From an uncultured Candidatus Rokubacteria bacterium (GTDB taxonomy: Bacteria; Methylomirabilota; Methylomirabilia; Rokubacteriales; DASRDR01), in assembly GCA_963805625.1 (NCBI GenBank), contig CAWDVE010000016.1, positions 1 to 64,000 of the forward strand: a DNA stretch of 64,000 nucleotides. Direction: 5' to 3'. The position numbers and the translations under genes are program-made. A model generated the notes under the pieces. That model worked only from the letters and a program-made list of their open reading frames with translations. It ran no database searches and was not told where the DNA came from. This document shows, in pieces, positions 29,807-39,444 of the stretch. Within the stretch, counting starts at the first letter, position 1. Every line of letters begins with the position of its first letter.

Positions 29807-30673
29807 CTACTGGAACACGCCCGCGAACCAGCCCCGTTCCACGAGGCGGTTGTACGCGTACATGACGACGGCAGTGAGGACCAGGAGGACCACCGAGATC
29901 GCCGCGGCAAACGGCCAGTCCAGGACGACGAGGTTCTGCTCCCATACGAGGTACGCGACGACCTTCACCCACGGGCCGCCGAGGAGCGTGGGTGTCACGA
30001 ACGAGCTGACGCTCAGGGCGAACACGATCAGCGACCCCGCCACGATGCCGGGCACCGAGAGCGGCAGCGTCACCCGCCAGAACGCCATGCGCGGGCTCGC
30101 GCCCAGATTCTGCGCGGCCCGCACCACCGCGGGATCGATCGTCTGCAGCGAGCTGTAGATGGCCAGCACCATGAACGGATAGAACACGTGGGTGAGGCCG
30201 ACCACGACCGCCGTCTCCGTGTAGATGAGCTTGAGCGGCGCGGAGACGAGATGAAGCCCGGTGAGGACGCCGTTGATCAGGCCCCTCGGGCCGAGCACGA
30301 TGACCCAGCCGTAGCTCCGGATCACCAGGCTCACCAGCAGCGGCGACACGATCAGCAGCATGAGCGCGGCCCGCTCCCGCGGCCCCGTCCGCTGGAGGTA
30401 GCTCGCCACCGGGTAGCCGGCCACGAGGGCGGCGAGCGTCACCAGGACGCTGATGCGGAGCGTCGTGCCCAGCACCCCGAGGTAGAAGCGGTCGAACAGG
30501 AACTTCCGGTAGTTGTGCAGCGTGAACCGCTCCACCACCTGGAACGTCGCGGTGTCGACTCGCTCCACGCTGCCGGCGAAGAGCAGCAGGATGGGGACCG
30601 CGAAGAAGACGACGAAGATGAGCACGACGGGCCCGACCAGGAGCCAGGGAGCGAGGCGCTCGCTGACCCGCAT
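29807..30673 (-). CDS. ABC transporter permease (PotB-like)
   Basis: GYPVA, IRSYGW, AAQNLGA, FVTPTLLGG. Confidence 0.9.
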   Translation of the reverse strand: MRVSERLAPWLLVGPVVLIFVVFFAVPILLLFAGSVERVDTATFQVVERFTLHNYRKFLFDRFYLGVLGTTLRISVLVTLAALVAGYPVASYLQRTGPRERAALMLLIVSPLLVSLVIRSYGWVIVLGPRGLINGVLTGLHLVSAPLKLIYTETAVVVGLTHVFYPFMVLAIYSSLQTIDPAVVRAAQNLGASPRMAFWRVTLPLSVPGIVAGSLIVFALSVSSFVTPTLLGGPWVKVVAYLVWEQNLVVLDWPFAAAISVVLLVLTAVVMYAYNRLVERGWFAGVFQ

Positions 30674-31755
30674 CAGGCTTCCGGCCCGGCAGCGGCCACC
30701 AGCGACTCCCGGGCCGCCCATTCCACGTGCAGCGTCTGCCCCGCCACCGGGACGTCGCCGTCCCCGCGGTTCTTCTCCACCGCGATCAGCCGATGGGGGC
30801 CGAACTGGACCAGGTACCGGAGGTCGCCGCCGAGGTACATCACGTGCTCGAGACGGGCCGGGAACGAGTTCGGGAGCCCGGAGGGCGCCCGCGCCAGACG
30901 AACGCGCTCCGCCCTGACGATCACCTCGACGCGGTCGCCGGCCTGCACCGGCGCCTTCCGCTCGGAGACGACGCGATAGCCGCCCTCCAGCTCGCACGCG
31001 ATCTCGCCGCCCGCAACGCTCGCCACGCGGGCAACCAGCACGTTCGGCTCCCCGAGGAACTTCGCGACGAAGGCAGTGGCCGGCTCCTCGTAGACCTCTA
31101 CCGGCGTGCCTACCTGCTCGATTCGACCCACGTTCATGACGACCACCCGGTCGGCCAGCGAGAGCGCCTCGTCCTGGTCGTGCGTGACGAAGATCGTCGT
31201 GATGCCGACCGCCTTGAGGATCCCGACGAGCTCCATGCGCATTTCCTGCCGCAGCTTGGCGTCGAGGTTCGACAGGGGCTCGTCGAGCAGCAGGATCTCC
31301 GGATGGATCACCAGCGCCCGGGCCAGGGCCACCCGCTGCTGCTGACCGCCGGAGAGCTGGCGGGGGTAACGGTCGCCCAGGCGGTCCAGGCGCACCAGCG
31401 CGAGGGCCTCGGCCACGCGCCGGGCGATCACCGGCCGCTCGACCCGTCGCATGCGCAGGCCGAAGGCGACGTTCTCGGCGACCGGCAGATGAGGGAACAG
31501 AGCGTAGCTCTGGAACACCATGCCGGTGTTCCGCTTGTGCGGGGGCAGGCGCGCGACGTCGCGGCCCGCGATGCGGATCTCGCCCGCGTCGAGCGTCAGG
31601 AAGCCCGCGACGAGGTTCAGGGTCGTGGTCTTCCCACAGCCCGACGGGCCGAGGAGGGCCAGGCGCTCGCCCTGCGCGATCGCGAGCGAGATGCGGTCCA
31701 CGGCCCGGATGGAGCCGTAGTGCTTCTCGACGCCGATCAGCTCGAGGTGCGCCAC
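30673..31755 (-). CDS. ABC transporter ATP-binding protein (PotA-like)
   Basis: [25 protein letters not shown] domain. Confidence 0.93.
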   Translation of the reverse strand: MAHLELIGVEKHYGSIRAVDRISLAIAQGERLALLGPSGCGKTTTLNLVAGFLTLDAGEIRIAGRDVARLPPHKRNTGMVFQSYALFPHLPVAENVAFGLRMRRVERPVIARRVAEALALVRLDRLGDRYPRQLSGGQQQRVALARALVIHPEILLLDEPLSNLDAKLRQEMRMELVGILKAVGITTIFVTHDQDEALSLADRVVVMNVGRIEQVGTPVEVYEEPATAFVAKFLGEPNVLVARVASVAGGEIACELEGGYRVVSERKAPVQAGDRVEVIVRAERVRLARAPSGLPNSFPARLEHVMYLGGDLRYLVQFGPHRLIAVEKNRGDGDVPVAGQTLHVEWAARESLVAAAGPEA

Positions 31756-31781
31756 GCCTGGCCCGGACCGGCCGGTGCCCG

Positions 31782-32840
31782 TTACCGGACCTCGACCTCC
31801 TTGTTCCAGCGCTCGGTCCACTCGGGGCGCTTCTGGTTGATGACCTCCCAGTTCGCCACCGTCAGCTGGGCCATGGCCTCGGGGCCGTAGACCACGCTCT
31901 TCGCGGTCTCGGGATCGAGCTTGGCCATCTTGTTGACGGGCCCGTAGAAGATGAACTTGGCGGTGTTCACCTGCTCCTCGGCGCTCAGCATCAGGTCCAC
32001 GAACTTGTGGGCGAGGTCGATGTTCGGCCGCCCCTTGACCACGGTGATGACGGCCTTCTGGCCCCAGGCGACTTCCTTCGGGTAGACGAACTGGACCGGC
32101 ACGCCGGTGGCGGCCAGGTTCGCGACCCGGTCGATGTTCCAGGTCCCGATGACCGCCTGGCCCTGCTGGATGAGCGTCGGCGTCTCGCCGAACTTGTCGA
32201 ACGTCACCACGTTCGGCGCCAGCTCCTTCATCCGGGCGAAGCCGGGATCCAGGTTCGTGTCGGTGCCGCCGGCGATCTTGTTCAGAGCGAGCAGGAGGTA
32301 CAGGCCGTTGGCGTTACCGATGTTGTGGACGGTCACCTTGCCCTTGAGCTCGGGCCGGGCCAGGTCCGTCCAGGACGTGGGCGGTGCCCACTTGTTGTCG
32401 GCGAAGGCCTTGGTGTTGTAGTAGAGCCCGTACACGGCCAGCCCGAAGCTGATGCCCATGTCGTTGGGCTCGAACGCCATGTCGTACAGCTCCTTGGCGC
32501 TCGTGAGCTTGGAGCGATCCAGCTTCTCGACGAGCCCGAGGGCCACCGCCTGGCGGTGGGGCCCGTCGTCCATCATCGCGACGTCGATCTGTGGGTTGTC
32601 CTTCTGCGCGCGGAGCTTCGCCAGGGTCTGCGTGGAGAAGCCCTGCACCCACACGACCTTCACGCCGTGCTTCTTCTCGAACGCCGGCACCAGCGACTTC
32701 CGCCAGCCCGCCTCGTAGGGATCGCCCCACGCGGCGACCACGAACTCCTTCGTCTGACTCTGCCCCGCGCTCTGCCAGCCAATGACCAGCGTCAGGGTTA
32801 GCAACGCCACGGATACGGGCACGAGTGCAATGCGCTTCAT
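31782..32840 (-). CDS. ABC substrate-binding protein (PotD/AfuA-like)
   Basis: Signal peptide, GAGGAGGT RBS, PTSWTDL, W..RWN C-terminus. Confidence 0.9.
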   Translation of the reverse strand: MKRIALVPVSVALLTLTLVIGWQSAGQSQTKEFVVAAWGDPYEAGWRKSLVPAFEKKHGVKVVWVQGFSTQTLAKLRAQKDNPQIDVAMMDDGPHRQAVALGLVEKLDRSKLTSAKELYDMAFEPNDMGISFGLAVYGLYYNTKAFADNKWAPPTSWTDLARPELKGKVTVHNIGNANGLYLLLALNKIAGGTDTNLDPGFARMKELAPNVVTFDKFGETPTLIQQGQAVIGTWNIDRVANLAATGVPVQFVYPKEVAWGQKAVITVVKGRPNIDLAHKFVDLMLSAEEQVNTAKFIFYGPVNKMAKLDPETAKSVVYGPEAMAQLTVANWEVINQKRPEWTERWNKEVEVR

Positions 32841-32971
32841 GACGACCTCCTCGCGTGTCGCGCGATGTGGCCCAGCGGCGCTGTCAGCCGGGCACGCGCG
32901 CAGGGCCGGGAATGCCGCGGGTCCGGTGGATCGAGGGCACCGGTGACCTCGGGGACGGGAACTTTGCACTG

Positions 32972-33089
32972 TCTCTATAATCTTCACGCCGGAGCACTGT
33001 CAACGGGGCCTGCCGCCGCCTGTCGGGAGCACGCGATGACGGCGCGATTCGGGGCCGTTGACACCCGTCAGCCCGCCGATTATACAGAG
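32972..33089. promoter_or_regulatory. Back-to-back sigma70 promoters with mirror-repeated motifs
   Basis: TTGACA on - (33003-32998) and on + (33058-33063), each followed by GATTATA(C/G)AGA at the -10 position. Confidence 0.6.
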
Positions 33090-33097
33090 AAAACACA

Positions 33098-33787
33098 ATG
33101 CGTGCCCTCCGGTCCTCCGTTTCCGCTGACCGCCGTCCGGGCGGTCGCTCGGAGCTCCCGAATGGATACCGCGTCGAAGAGGCGTACCGGTACCTGAAGA
33201 CGCGGATCATGTCGGCCGACCTTTCCCCGGGGGCCTCGCTCAACGAACTGGAGATCGCGGCCGCGCTGGGAACCAGCCGGACTCCGGTCCGGGAGGCCAT
33301 CCGCAAGCTCGAGCAGGAAGGGCTGGCGATGCGCTACCCGAACCGGGGAGCGATCGTCACCAAGCTCTCGATGACGGATGTCCTCGAGATCTGGCAGCTC
33401 CGGGAGATCCTCGAGCCGGCCGCGTGCCGGCTCGCCGCGGACCGCGTCGACCGCGATGCGCTCGCCCGGATCGAGCGCGCCTTCCTCGACCTCCGGGGGC
33501 GGGAGATGGGCCCGGAGGCGTACGACGCATTCCTCCGGGCGGACGTGGGTCTTCATGGCCTCATCGTCGACTCCACGGGAAACGGGACCCTCCGGCACGT
33601 GCTGGCGCTGCTCAACGAGCGCATCGTGCAAGTCCGGGTCGTCACGTCCCCGGCTCGATTCCGGCACGCGGTGGACGAGCACCTCGCGATCATCGCCGCG
33701 CTGAAGGTCCGCGACGCGCAGGAGGCGATGGAGGCCATGCGGCGGCACCTCGAGAGCGCGCGGCAGAGCCTCGTCCTGCTCACATGA
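33098..33787 (+). CDS. GntR/FCD-family transcriptional regulator
   Basis: LGTSRTPVREAIRKLEQEG HTH; FCD domain with EHLAII. Confidence 0.93.
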   Translation: MRALRSSVSADRRPGGRSELPNGYRVEEAYRYLKTRIMSADLSPGASLNELEIAAALGTSRTPVREAIRKLEQEGLAMRYPNRGAIVTKLSMTDVLEIWQLREILEPAACRLAADRVDRDALARIERAFLDLRGREMGPEAYDAFLRADVGLHGLIVDSTGNGTLRHVLALLNERIVQVRVVTSPARFRHAVDEHLAIIAALKVRDAQEAMEAMRRHLESARQSLVLLT

Positions 33788-34842
33788 CGTCCGGCCTGGG
33801 GTCGGCGGACCTTCGATTCGGTGCGGGCCTCCTGGGTCACTACTCCCGCGCCTACCCGGTCCGCCGGGTCGCCGAGCTGGGCGTGCTCTGCGAGCGGCTC
33901 GGGTTCGACTCCTACTGGATCGCCGACCAGCGCTGGATGCGTGACGTGTGGGTCAGTCTGACCGCGACGGCTATGCAGACCTCGCGCATCCAGCTCGGCA
34001 CCCGCGTCACCGATCCCTACGTCCGCCATCCCGCGCTCACGGCGGTGGCCGTCGCGTCGCTCGACGAGCTTTCCGGCGGGCGCGCCATCCTCGGCCTCGG
34101 CGCCGGCGGCTCGGGCTTCCGTGAGATGGCGATCGAGCGGAAGAAGCCGGTGACGGCCCTGCGGGAAGCGATCGAGCTGATCCGACGCCTCCTGGCAGGC
34201 GAGGAGGTCGACTACATGGGCGAGCTCGTGCGATTCCGGCGGGGCGCGCTCGAGTTCGCCACCCGGCGCGATATCCCGGTGGTCGTGGTGGCCCGGGGCC
34301 CCAAGATCCTGGAGCTGGGGGGGCGGATGGCCGACGGGGTCATGATCGCCAGCATGGCCTCGCCGGCCGCCGTCACCTGGGGTATCCAGCACGTCCGGGC
34401 CGGCATGCGACAGGCCGCACGGCCGGCGGGGGCGGTCGAACTGTCGTCGATGCTCTACACGTCCATCTCCGAGGATGGCCCCGCCGCGCGCTGGATCGTC
34501 CGGCGCGGTATCGCCGCCGCGCTCATGGGCAGCTTCCCGAACTACGACTTCCTGGCGGCCAGCGGCCTCACGGTGCCCCCCGAGCTCTGGACGCTCCTGG
34601 AGACGGGCAAGCCGGATTACCCGCGGCTCATGGCCGCTATACCCGACGTGTTCGTCGACCACCTGGGTCTGGCGGGCACCCCGGCCCAGTGCGCCACGCA
34701 GATCGAGCGGATCGTGGCGAGCGGGATCCGTCACGTGGTGCTCGCGCCGCTGCCGGTCGACGAGCTGCACGTGGAGTCGGTCATCGAGCCCTTTGCCCGA
34801 GAGGTCGTTCCCCGGGTGCGCGCCGCCGGCATCGTCGTCTAG
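33784..34842 (+). CDS. LLM-class flavin/F420-dependent oxidoreductase (Mer-like)
   Basis: GFDSYWIAD, VTDPYVRHP, SGGRAILGLGAG, GPKILELGGRMADG. Confidence 0.88.
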   Translation: MTSGLGSADLRFGAGLLGHYSRAYPVRRVAELGVLCERLGFDSYWIADQRWMRDVWVSLTATAMQTSRIQLGTRVTDPYVRHPALTAVAVASLDELSGGRAILGLGAGGSGFREMAIERKKPVTALREAIELIRRLLAGEEVDYMGELVRFRRGALEFATRRDIPVVVVARGPKILELGGRMADGVMIASMASPAAVTWGIQHVRAGMRQAARPAGAVELSSMLYTSISEDGPAARWIVRRGIAAALMGSFPNYDFLAASGLTVPPELWTLLETGKPDYPRLMAAIPDVFVDHLGLAGTPAQCATQIERIVASGIRHVVLAPLPVDELHVESVIEPFAREVVPRVRAAGIVV

Positions 34843-34869
34843 CCCAGAAGGGAGAGAGGGGACCTCGCC

Positions 34870-35892
34870 ATGTCGAGACATCTGAGCCGTTGCCGTTTTC
34901 TCCTGGCGTCCGTCGTTCTCGTGCTCCTCGTCCCGGCGATCAGCGTCCTTGCCCAGTCTCGCCACAAGCTCACCCAGGCGGGGTTCCGCGTCCTTTACAT
35001 GGCGCCCGCGTTCATCGCGCTGGAGAAGGGCTTCTTCGCGCAGGAGGGCGTCGACTTCACCTTCACCGAGCTGGACAGTGGCGCGCTTGGCGCGGCCGCC
35101 GTCATCTCGGGCAACGCGCAGATCTCGGACCTCGACCCTCTGGGCGTGGCGCGACTCCAGCAGGAAGGCAAGCCGATTCTGCTCTTCTACAACCTGGTCG
35201 GCCGGGTCACCCTGGACCTGATCCTGCGCACGCCGGTCGCCCAGCGCCTCGGGCTCACGGCGGAGACGCCGCTGCCCACGCGCTACGCGGCCCTCAAGGG
35301 CCTGACGATCGGCATTACCCGGCCGGGGGCTCCCACCGACGTCTTCGCGCGCTATTTCCTGGTGCGAGCGGGCCTCAACCCCGATCGCGACGCGACCCTG
35401 GTCCAGGTCGGCGGCGTGCCGGCCCTGGCTGCGGCCTTCAAGAGCGAGCGCATCGACGCGTTCCTCCTCTCGCCGCCCTTGCCGCAGACGCTCGAGCGTG
35501 AGGGGGTGGGGCGCATCGTGATCCGGAACACGGCCGGGGAGGTCCCGGAGCTCAGAGACACCACGTATGCCGCCATGTTCACCACGGCGGAGTACGCCCG
35601 ACGGAACGGCACCGCCCTCCAGGCGTACGCGCGGGCGCTCCGGCGGGCGACCGAGTGGCTTCAGGCGAACAAGGCGGAAGCCCTACGCATCCTGGGGGAG
35701 AAGTACTTCCGGGACACGCCGGCCGAGAGCCTGGCCATCTCGCTGGACGCGACCCTGCCCGCGATCAGCGTCGACGGGCGCTTCAGTCAGACCGGGGTCC
35801 AGAGATACCTCGACATCTTCAAGACCGTCGGCGAGAGCGTGAGCGCGAGCGCGGCCGAAGGGGTGCTGTGGACGAACGAGTTCGTCCGGTAG
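34870..35892 (+). CDS. ABC substrate-binding protein (SsuA/TauA/NMT1-like)
   Basis: Signal peptide, IALEKGFFAQEG, LKGLTIGITRPG. Confidence 0.88.
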   Translation: MSRHLSRCRFLLASVVLVLLVPAISVLAQSRHKLTQAGFRVLYMAPAFIALEKGFFAQEGVDFTFTELDSGALGAAAVISGNAQISDLDPLGVARLQQEGKPILLFYNLVGRVTLDLILRTPVAQRLGLTAETPLPTRYAALKGLTIGITRPGAPTDVFARYFLVRAGLNPDRDATLVQVGGVPALAAAFKSERIDAFLLSPPLPQTLEREGVGRIVIRNTAGEVPELRDTTYAAMFTTAEYARRNGTALQAYARALRRATEWLQANKAEALRILGEKYFRDTPAESLAISLDATLPAISVDGRFSQTGVQRYLDIFKTVGESVSASAAEGVLWTNEFVR

Positions 35893-35921
35893 GACTGGCC
35901 ACGGTCGGTCCGGAGTCGCAC

Positions 35922-36740
35922 GTGCCGGCCGGGCGTGGACCGGCGCTCGAGGCCCGAGGGGTCTACAAGATCTTCGTCCCCCGCGGAGGCTCGAGGGCGC
36001 TGCCGATGACCGCGCTCCGCGACATCAACCTGGACGTGCGTCCGGGAGAGTTCCTCTCGCTGATCGGGCCCTCGGGCTGCGGCAAGTCGACCGTGCTCAA
36101 CATGTTCGCCGGGCTCACGGCGCCCACCGAGGGCCGGATCCTGCACGACGGCCGCGCCGTCGAGGACGTGAACACCCGCGTCGGCTACGTCACCCAGGAC
36201 GACAACCTCCTGCCGTGGCGCACGACGCTGGCCAACGTGGAGATCGCCCTCGAGCTGAAGCGCGTGCCCCGCGAGTCCCGGCGCGCCCGGGCGCTCGAGT
36301 ATCTGGGCCGGGTCGGGCTCCGGGGGTTCGAGCACCATTATCCCCACGAGCTGTCGGGGGGGATGCGCAAGCGCGCGTCGATCGTCCGGACGCTGATGGA
36401 CGAGAGCGTGAACGTCATCCTGATGGACGAGCCGCTGGGCCCGCTCGATGCCCAGACGCGGCTCCTCCTGCAGGACGAGCTGCTCCAGCTCTGGCAAGGC
36501 AGCGGCCGCACGGTGGTGTTCGTCACCCACGATCTGGTGGAGGCCATCGCCCTCTCGGACCGGATCGCCATCTTCACGAGCGCGCCCGGCCGCATCAAGG
36601 AGATCCGGGAGGTGAGGATCCCTCGGCCCCGCGACGTCTTCCACATCCACGAATCGCCAGGCTTCTCTGACATCTACGACGCCATCTGGAACGACCTGCG
36701 GGACGAGATCCGCAGGGCCCGCGAGGCCGGCCGTGTCTGA
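35922..36740 (+). CDS. ABC ATP-binding protein (SsuB/TauB-like)
   Basis: GPSGCGKS, LLPWRT, LSGGMRKR, MDEP. Confidence 0.9.
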   Translation: MPAGRGPALEARGVYKIFVPRGGSRALPMTALRDINLDVRPGEFLSLIGPSGCGKSTVLNMFAGLTAPTEGRILHDGRAVEDVNTRVGYVTQDDNLLPWRTTLANVEIALELKRVPRESRRARALEYLGRVGLRGFEHHYPHELSGGMRKRASIVRTLMDESVNVILMDEPLGPLDAQTRLLLQDELLQLWQGSGRTVVFVTHDLVEAIALSDRIAIFTSAPGRIKEIREVRIPRPRDVFHIHESPGFSDIYDAIWNDLRDEIRRAREAGRV

Positions 36741-37572
36741 GCCCGATCGCGAGCGGGCGCTGCTGGTGCGGGAGGCCGACCGCGCGCGCCGGGCGGCGCG
36801 GACGGACCGGGTGCGCATTCTCGCCGGGCAGGCGCTGCTCCTCGCGCTCCTGCTAGGGGGCTGGACGTGGGCGTCCGGGCGCATCGTCGACCGCCTCTTC
36901 CTGAGCGACCCGGTGAGCATCGCCCAGGCCTTCTGGGCGATCCTCCTGAAGGGCACCCTCTGGTACCACCTGCGCTTCACCCTGACCGAGACACTGCTGG
37001 GCTACGTGATCGGCGCCGGCCTCGGCCTCGCCGGCGCGCTCGCAGTCTCGATGATCCCGGCCGGCGAGCCCGTCCTCCGCCCCTTCGTCCTGCTGGCCTA
37101 CGCCACGCCGAAGATCGCGCTGGCGCCGCTCATGATCATCTGGTTCGGCATCGGGATGCTGCCGAAGGTCCTCCTGGCCGCCACCTTCGTGTTCTTCGTC
37201 GTCTTCCTCAGCACGCTGGCCGGGGTGGGGACGGTGCCACCGCAGCTGGTCTCGGTGGTGCGCGTCATGGGCGCCGCCCCCCTGGCCGTCTTCCGGAAGG
37301 TGGTGCTGCCGAGCGCCCTGCCCTTCATCGTGACCGCGCTCCGCCTCACCATCCCGGCCGCCCTCATCGGCGCGATCATCGGCGAGTTCATCAGCAGCAA
37401 CCGCGGGGTAGGCTACCTCATCAATGCCGCCAGCTCCCGCTACAAGACCGCCGAGGTGTTCGCCGGCATCGGGAGCCTGCTGGTGCTCGTCCTGTGCATG
37501 AATGCGGGACTGTCTCTGCTCGAACGCAGCTGGTTCCGGTGGGCGCCCCGCGACGCGCCCGGGTCCCGGTAG
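36733..37572 (+). CDS. ABC permease (SsuC/TauC-like)
   Basis: PKIALAPLMIIWFGIG, GAIIGEF. Confidence 0.9.
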   Translation: MSEPDRERALLVREADRARRAARTDRVRILAGQALLLALLLGGWTWASGRIVDRLFLSDPVSIAQAFWAILLKGTLWYHLRFTLTETLLGYVIGAGLGLAGALAVSMIPAGEPVLRPFVLLAYATPKIALAPLMIIWFGIGMLPKVLLAATFVFFVVFLSTLAGVGTVPPQLVSVVRVMGAAPLAVFRKVVLPSALPFIVTALRLTIPAALIGAIIGEFISSNRGVGYLINAASSRYKTAEVFAGIGSLLVLVLCMNAGLSLLERSWFRWAPRDAPGSR

Positions 37573-37580
37573 GCGGCGGC

Positions 37581-38243
37581 ATGACGGAGGTGCTGACCTC
37601 TCTCGAGACGATCCTGGCGCCGGCGCGCTCGGCGCTCCTGGTGATCGACGTCCAGCACGACTTCATCCATCCCGACGGCTGGGCCGCGCGCCATCATCCG
37701 GGAGGCCCGTCGCTCCGTCACGTGATCCCGCCGATCAACCGGCTGATCCAGGCGGCCCGGGCCGCCCGGGTTCCGGTCGTCTACATCCTGATGGAGCATG
37801 GGCCCGCCATCGACCTCCCCAACTACCGGGCGCGCTACGTGGCGCGGGGGATGGAGGACGACATCCTGTGCGCCGCCGGGACCTGGGGGGCCCGCCTCGA
37901 CGGGGAGGTGACGGCGCCCGCTCCCGGGGATATCACGATCGTCCGCCACTCGTACGACGCGTTCGAGGGCACCCCGCTCCACGGTCTCCTCCGCGAGCGG
38001 GGCATCGAGTCCGTGGTGGGCACGGGCGTGGTCACGAACCTGTGCGTCCAGACCAGCGTCCAGCACGCGTTTGCCCTCGGCTACTACGTGGTGGTGGCGG
38101 AGGACGCGACGGCCGCCGCCGACCCCACCGTGCAGGCCGTCACCCTGGCCAACTTCCGTCAATATTTCGGACCGGTGGTGCCGAGCGAGACGATCGGCCA
38201 TCACTGGCATGACTCCCGATCCCGGGGCGCGGCCCCGGCCTGA
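37581..38243 (+). CDS. Isochorismatase-family cysteine hydrolase (RutB-like)
   Basis: ALLVIDVQHDF, YDAF, GVVTNLCV. Confidence 0.88.
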   Translation: MTEVLTSLETILAPARSALLVIDVQHDFIHPDGWAARHHPGGPSLRHVIPPINRLIQAARAARVPVVYILMEHGPAIDLPNYRARYVARGMEDDILCAAGTWGARLDGEVTAPAPGDITIVRHSYDAFEGTPLHGLLRERGIESVVGTGVVTNLCVQTSVQHAFALGYYVVVAEDATAAADPTVQAVTLANFRQYFGPVVPSETIGHHWHDSRSRGAAPA

Positions 38244-38259
38244 CCCTCTGGAGGACCTC

Positions 38260-39417
38260 ATGACCCGTCCCATGCCGCTCGCGTTCAGCGACGCCGAGTT
38301 CGCCAGCCGCCTCCGCGACCTCCGCGCCCGGATGCGGACCGCCTCCCTCGATGCCCTTCTGGTGGTCGCGGCCGAAAACATCACGTACCTGAGCGGGTAC
38401 GAATCGATCGGCTACTCGAACTTCGGGGTGCTCGTCGTACGCCATGACGCGGAGCCGCTCCTGTTTGTCCGGGAGATGGAGCGCACGGTCGCGGAGACGA
38501 CGACCTGGCTCCGCGACTTCGAGACCTTCGCGGACGATCAGGATCCGCTCGAGCAGGCGGTGGCCGTGCTGCGGAAGCGCGGGTGGCTGGACGGGCGGGT
38601 CGGCGTGGAGCTCGGGGAGTCCTTCGTCTCGCCGGCGGTCATGGATCGGTTCCGGCGCCTCCTGGGTCAGCCGGCCGACGGCACGGGCCTCGTCGAGGCG
38701 GGACGCGCGATCAAGTCGGCGGAGGAGATCGCGCTCATCCGGCAAGCGTGCCGCATCACCGAGGCGGGCGCGACCGCCGCCCTCGAGGCGGTCCGGCCCG
38801 GGGTCACCGAGAACGCGGTGTCCAGCGCCGCCTACGCCGCGATGATGGCGGCCGGGTCCGACTTCTTCGCGGGCGACCCCATCGTGACCTCGGGGTGGCG
38901 GTCGGGAGTGGCGCACCTCACGTTCGGCAACCGGCGCCTCGAGGCCGGCGACACGATCCTCCTCGAGCTGAGCGGCTGCCGCCGCCGGTACTTCGGCCCC
39001 CTCATGCGGGGCGCCGTCATCGCGCCGGTACGCGACGAGGTCCGGCGGATGGCCGACGTCATCATCGGCGCGCTGCAGTCGGCCATCGGGGCCATCCGGC
39101 CGGGCGTGACCAGCGGCGCGGTGGACGCGGCGTGCCGGGAGCCGATCGAGCGTGCCGGGTTCGAGCCGAACTTCCGGAAACGCACGGGGTACTCGGTCGG
39201 CGTCGGCTACGCGCCGAGCTGGGGCGAGGGGCACATCGTGAGCCTCCGCCGGGACGACCCGACGCACCTCGAGCCGGGGATGGTGTTCCACATGCCGCCG
39301 GCCCTCCGCGTGCCGCGCCAGTACGGTCTCGGATTCAGTGAGACGGTTCTGGTGACGCCCACCGGCTGCGAGGTGCTCACGAATCACCCCCTTCGCCTCC
39401 ACGTGGTGGGGGGCTAG
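38260..39417 (+). CDS. Second M24-fold creatinase/DoeA-like hydrolase
   Basis: ENITYLSG, IKSAEEI, GVAHLTF, RTGYSVG, PGMVFHMP. Confidence 0.85.
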   Translation: MTRPMPLAFSDAEFASRLRDLRARMRTASLDALLVVAAENITYLSGYESIGYSNFGVLVVRHDAEPLLFVREMERTVAETTTWLRDFETFADDQDPLEQAVAVLRKRGWLDGRVGVELGESFVSPAVMDRFRRLLGQPADGTGLVEAGRAIKSAEEIALIRQACRITEAGATAALEAVRPGVTENAVSSAAYAAMMAAGSDFFAGDPIVTSGWRSGVAHLTFGNRRLEAGDTILLELSGCRRRYFGPLMRGAVIAPVRDEVRRMADVIIGALQSAIGAIRPGVTSGAVDAACREPIERAGFEPNFRKRTGYSVGVGYAPSWGEGHIVSLRRDDPTHLEPGMVFHMPPALRVPRQYGLGFSETVLVTPTGCEVLTNHPLRLHVVGG

Positions 39418-39444
39418 CCCGGCGGGCAGGGAGCCCGGCACGTC

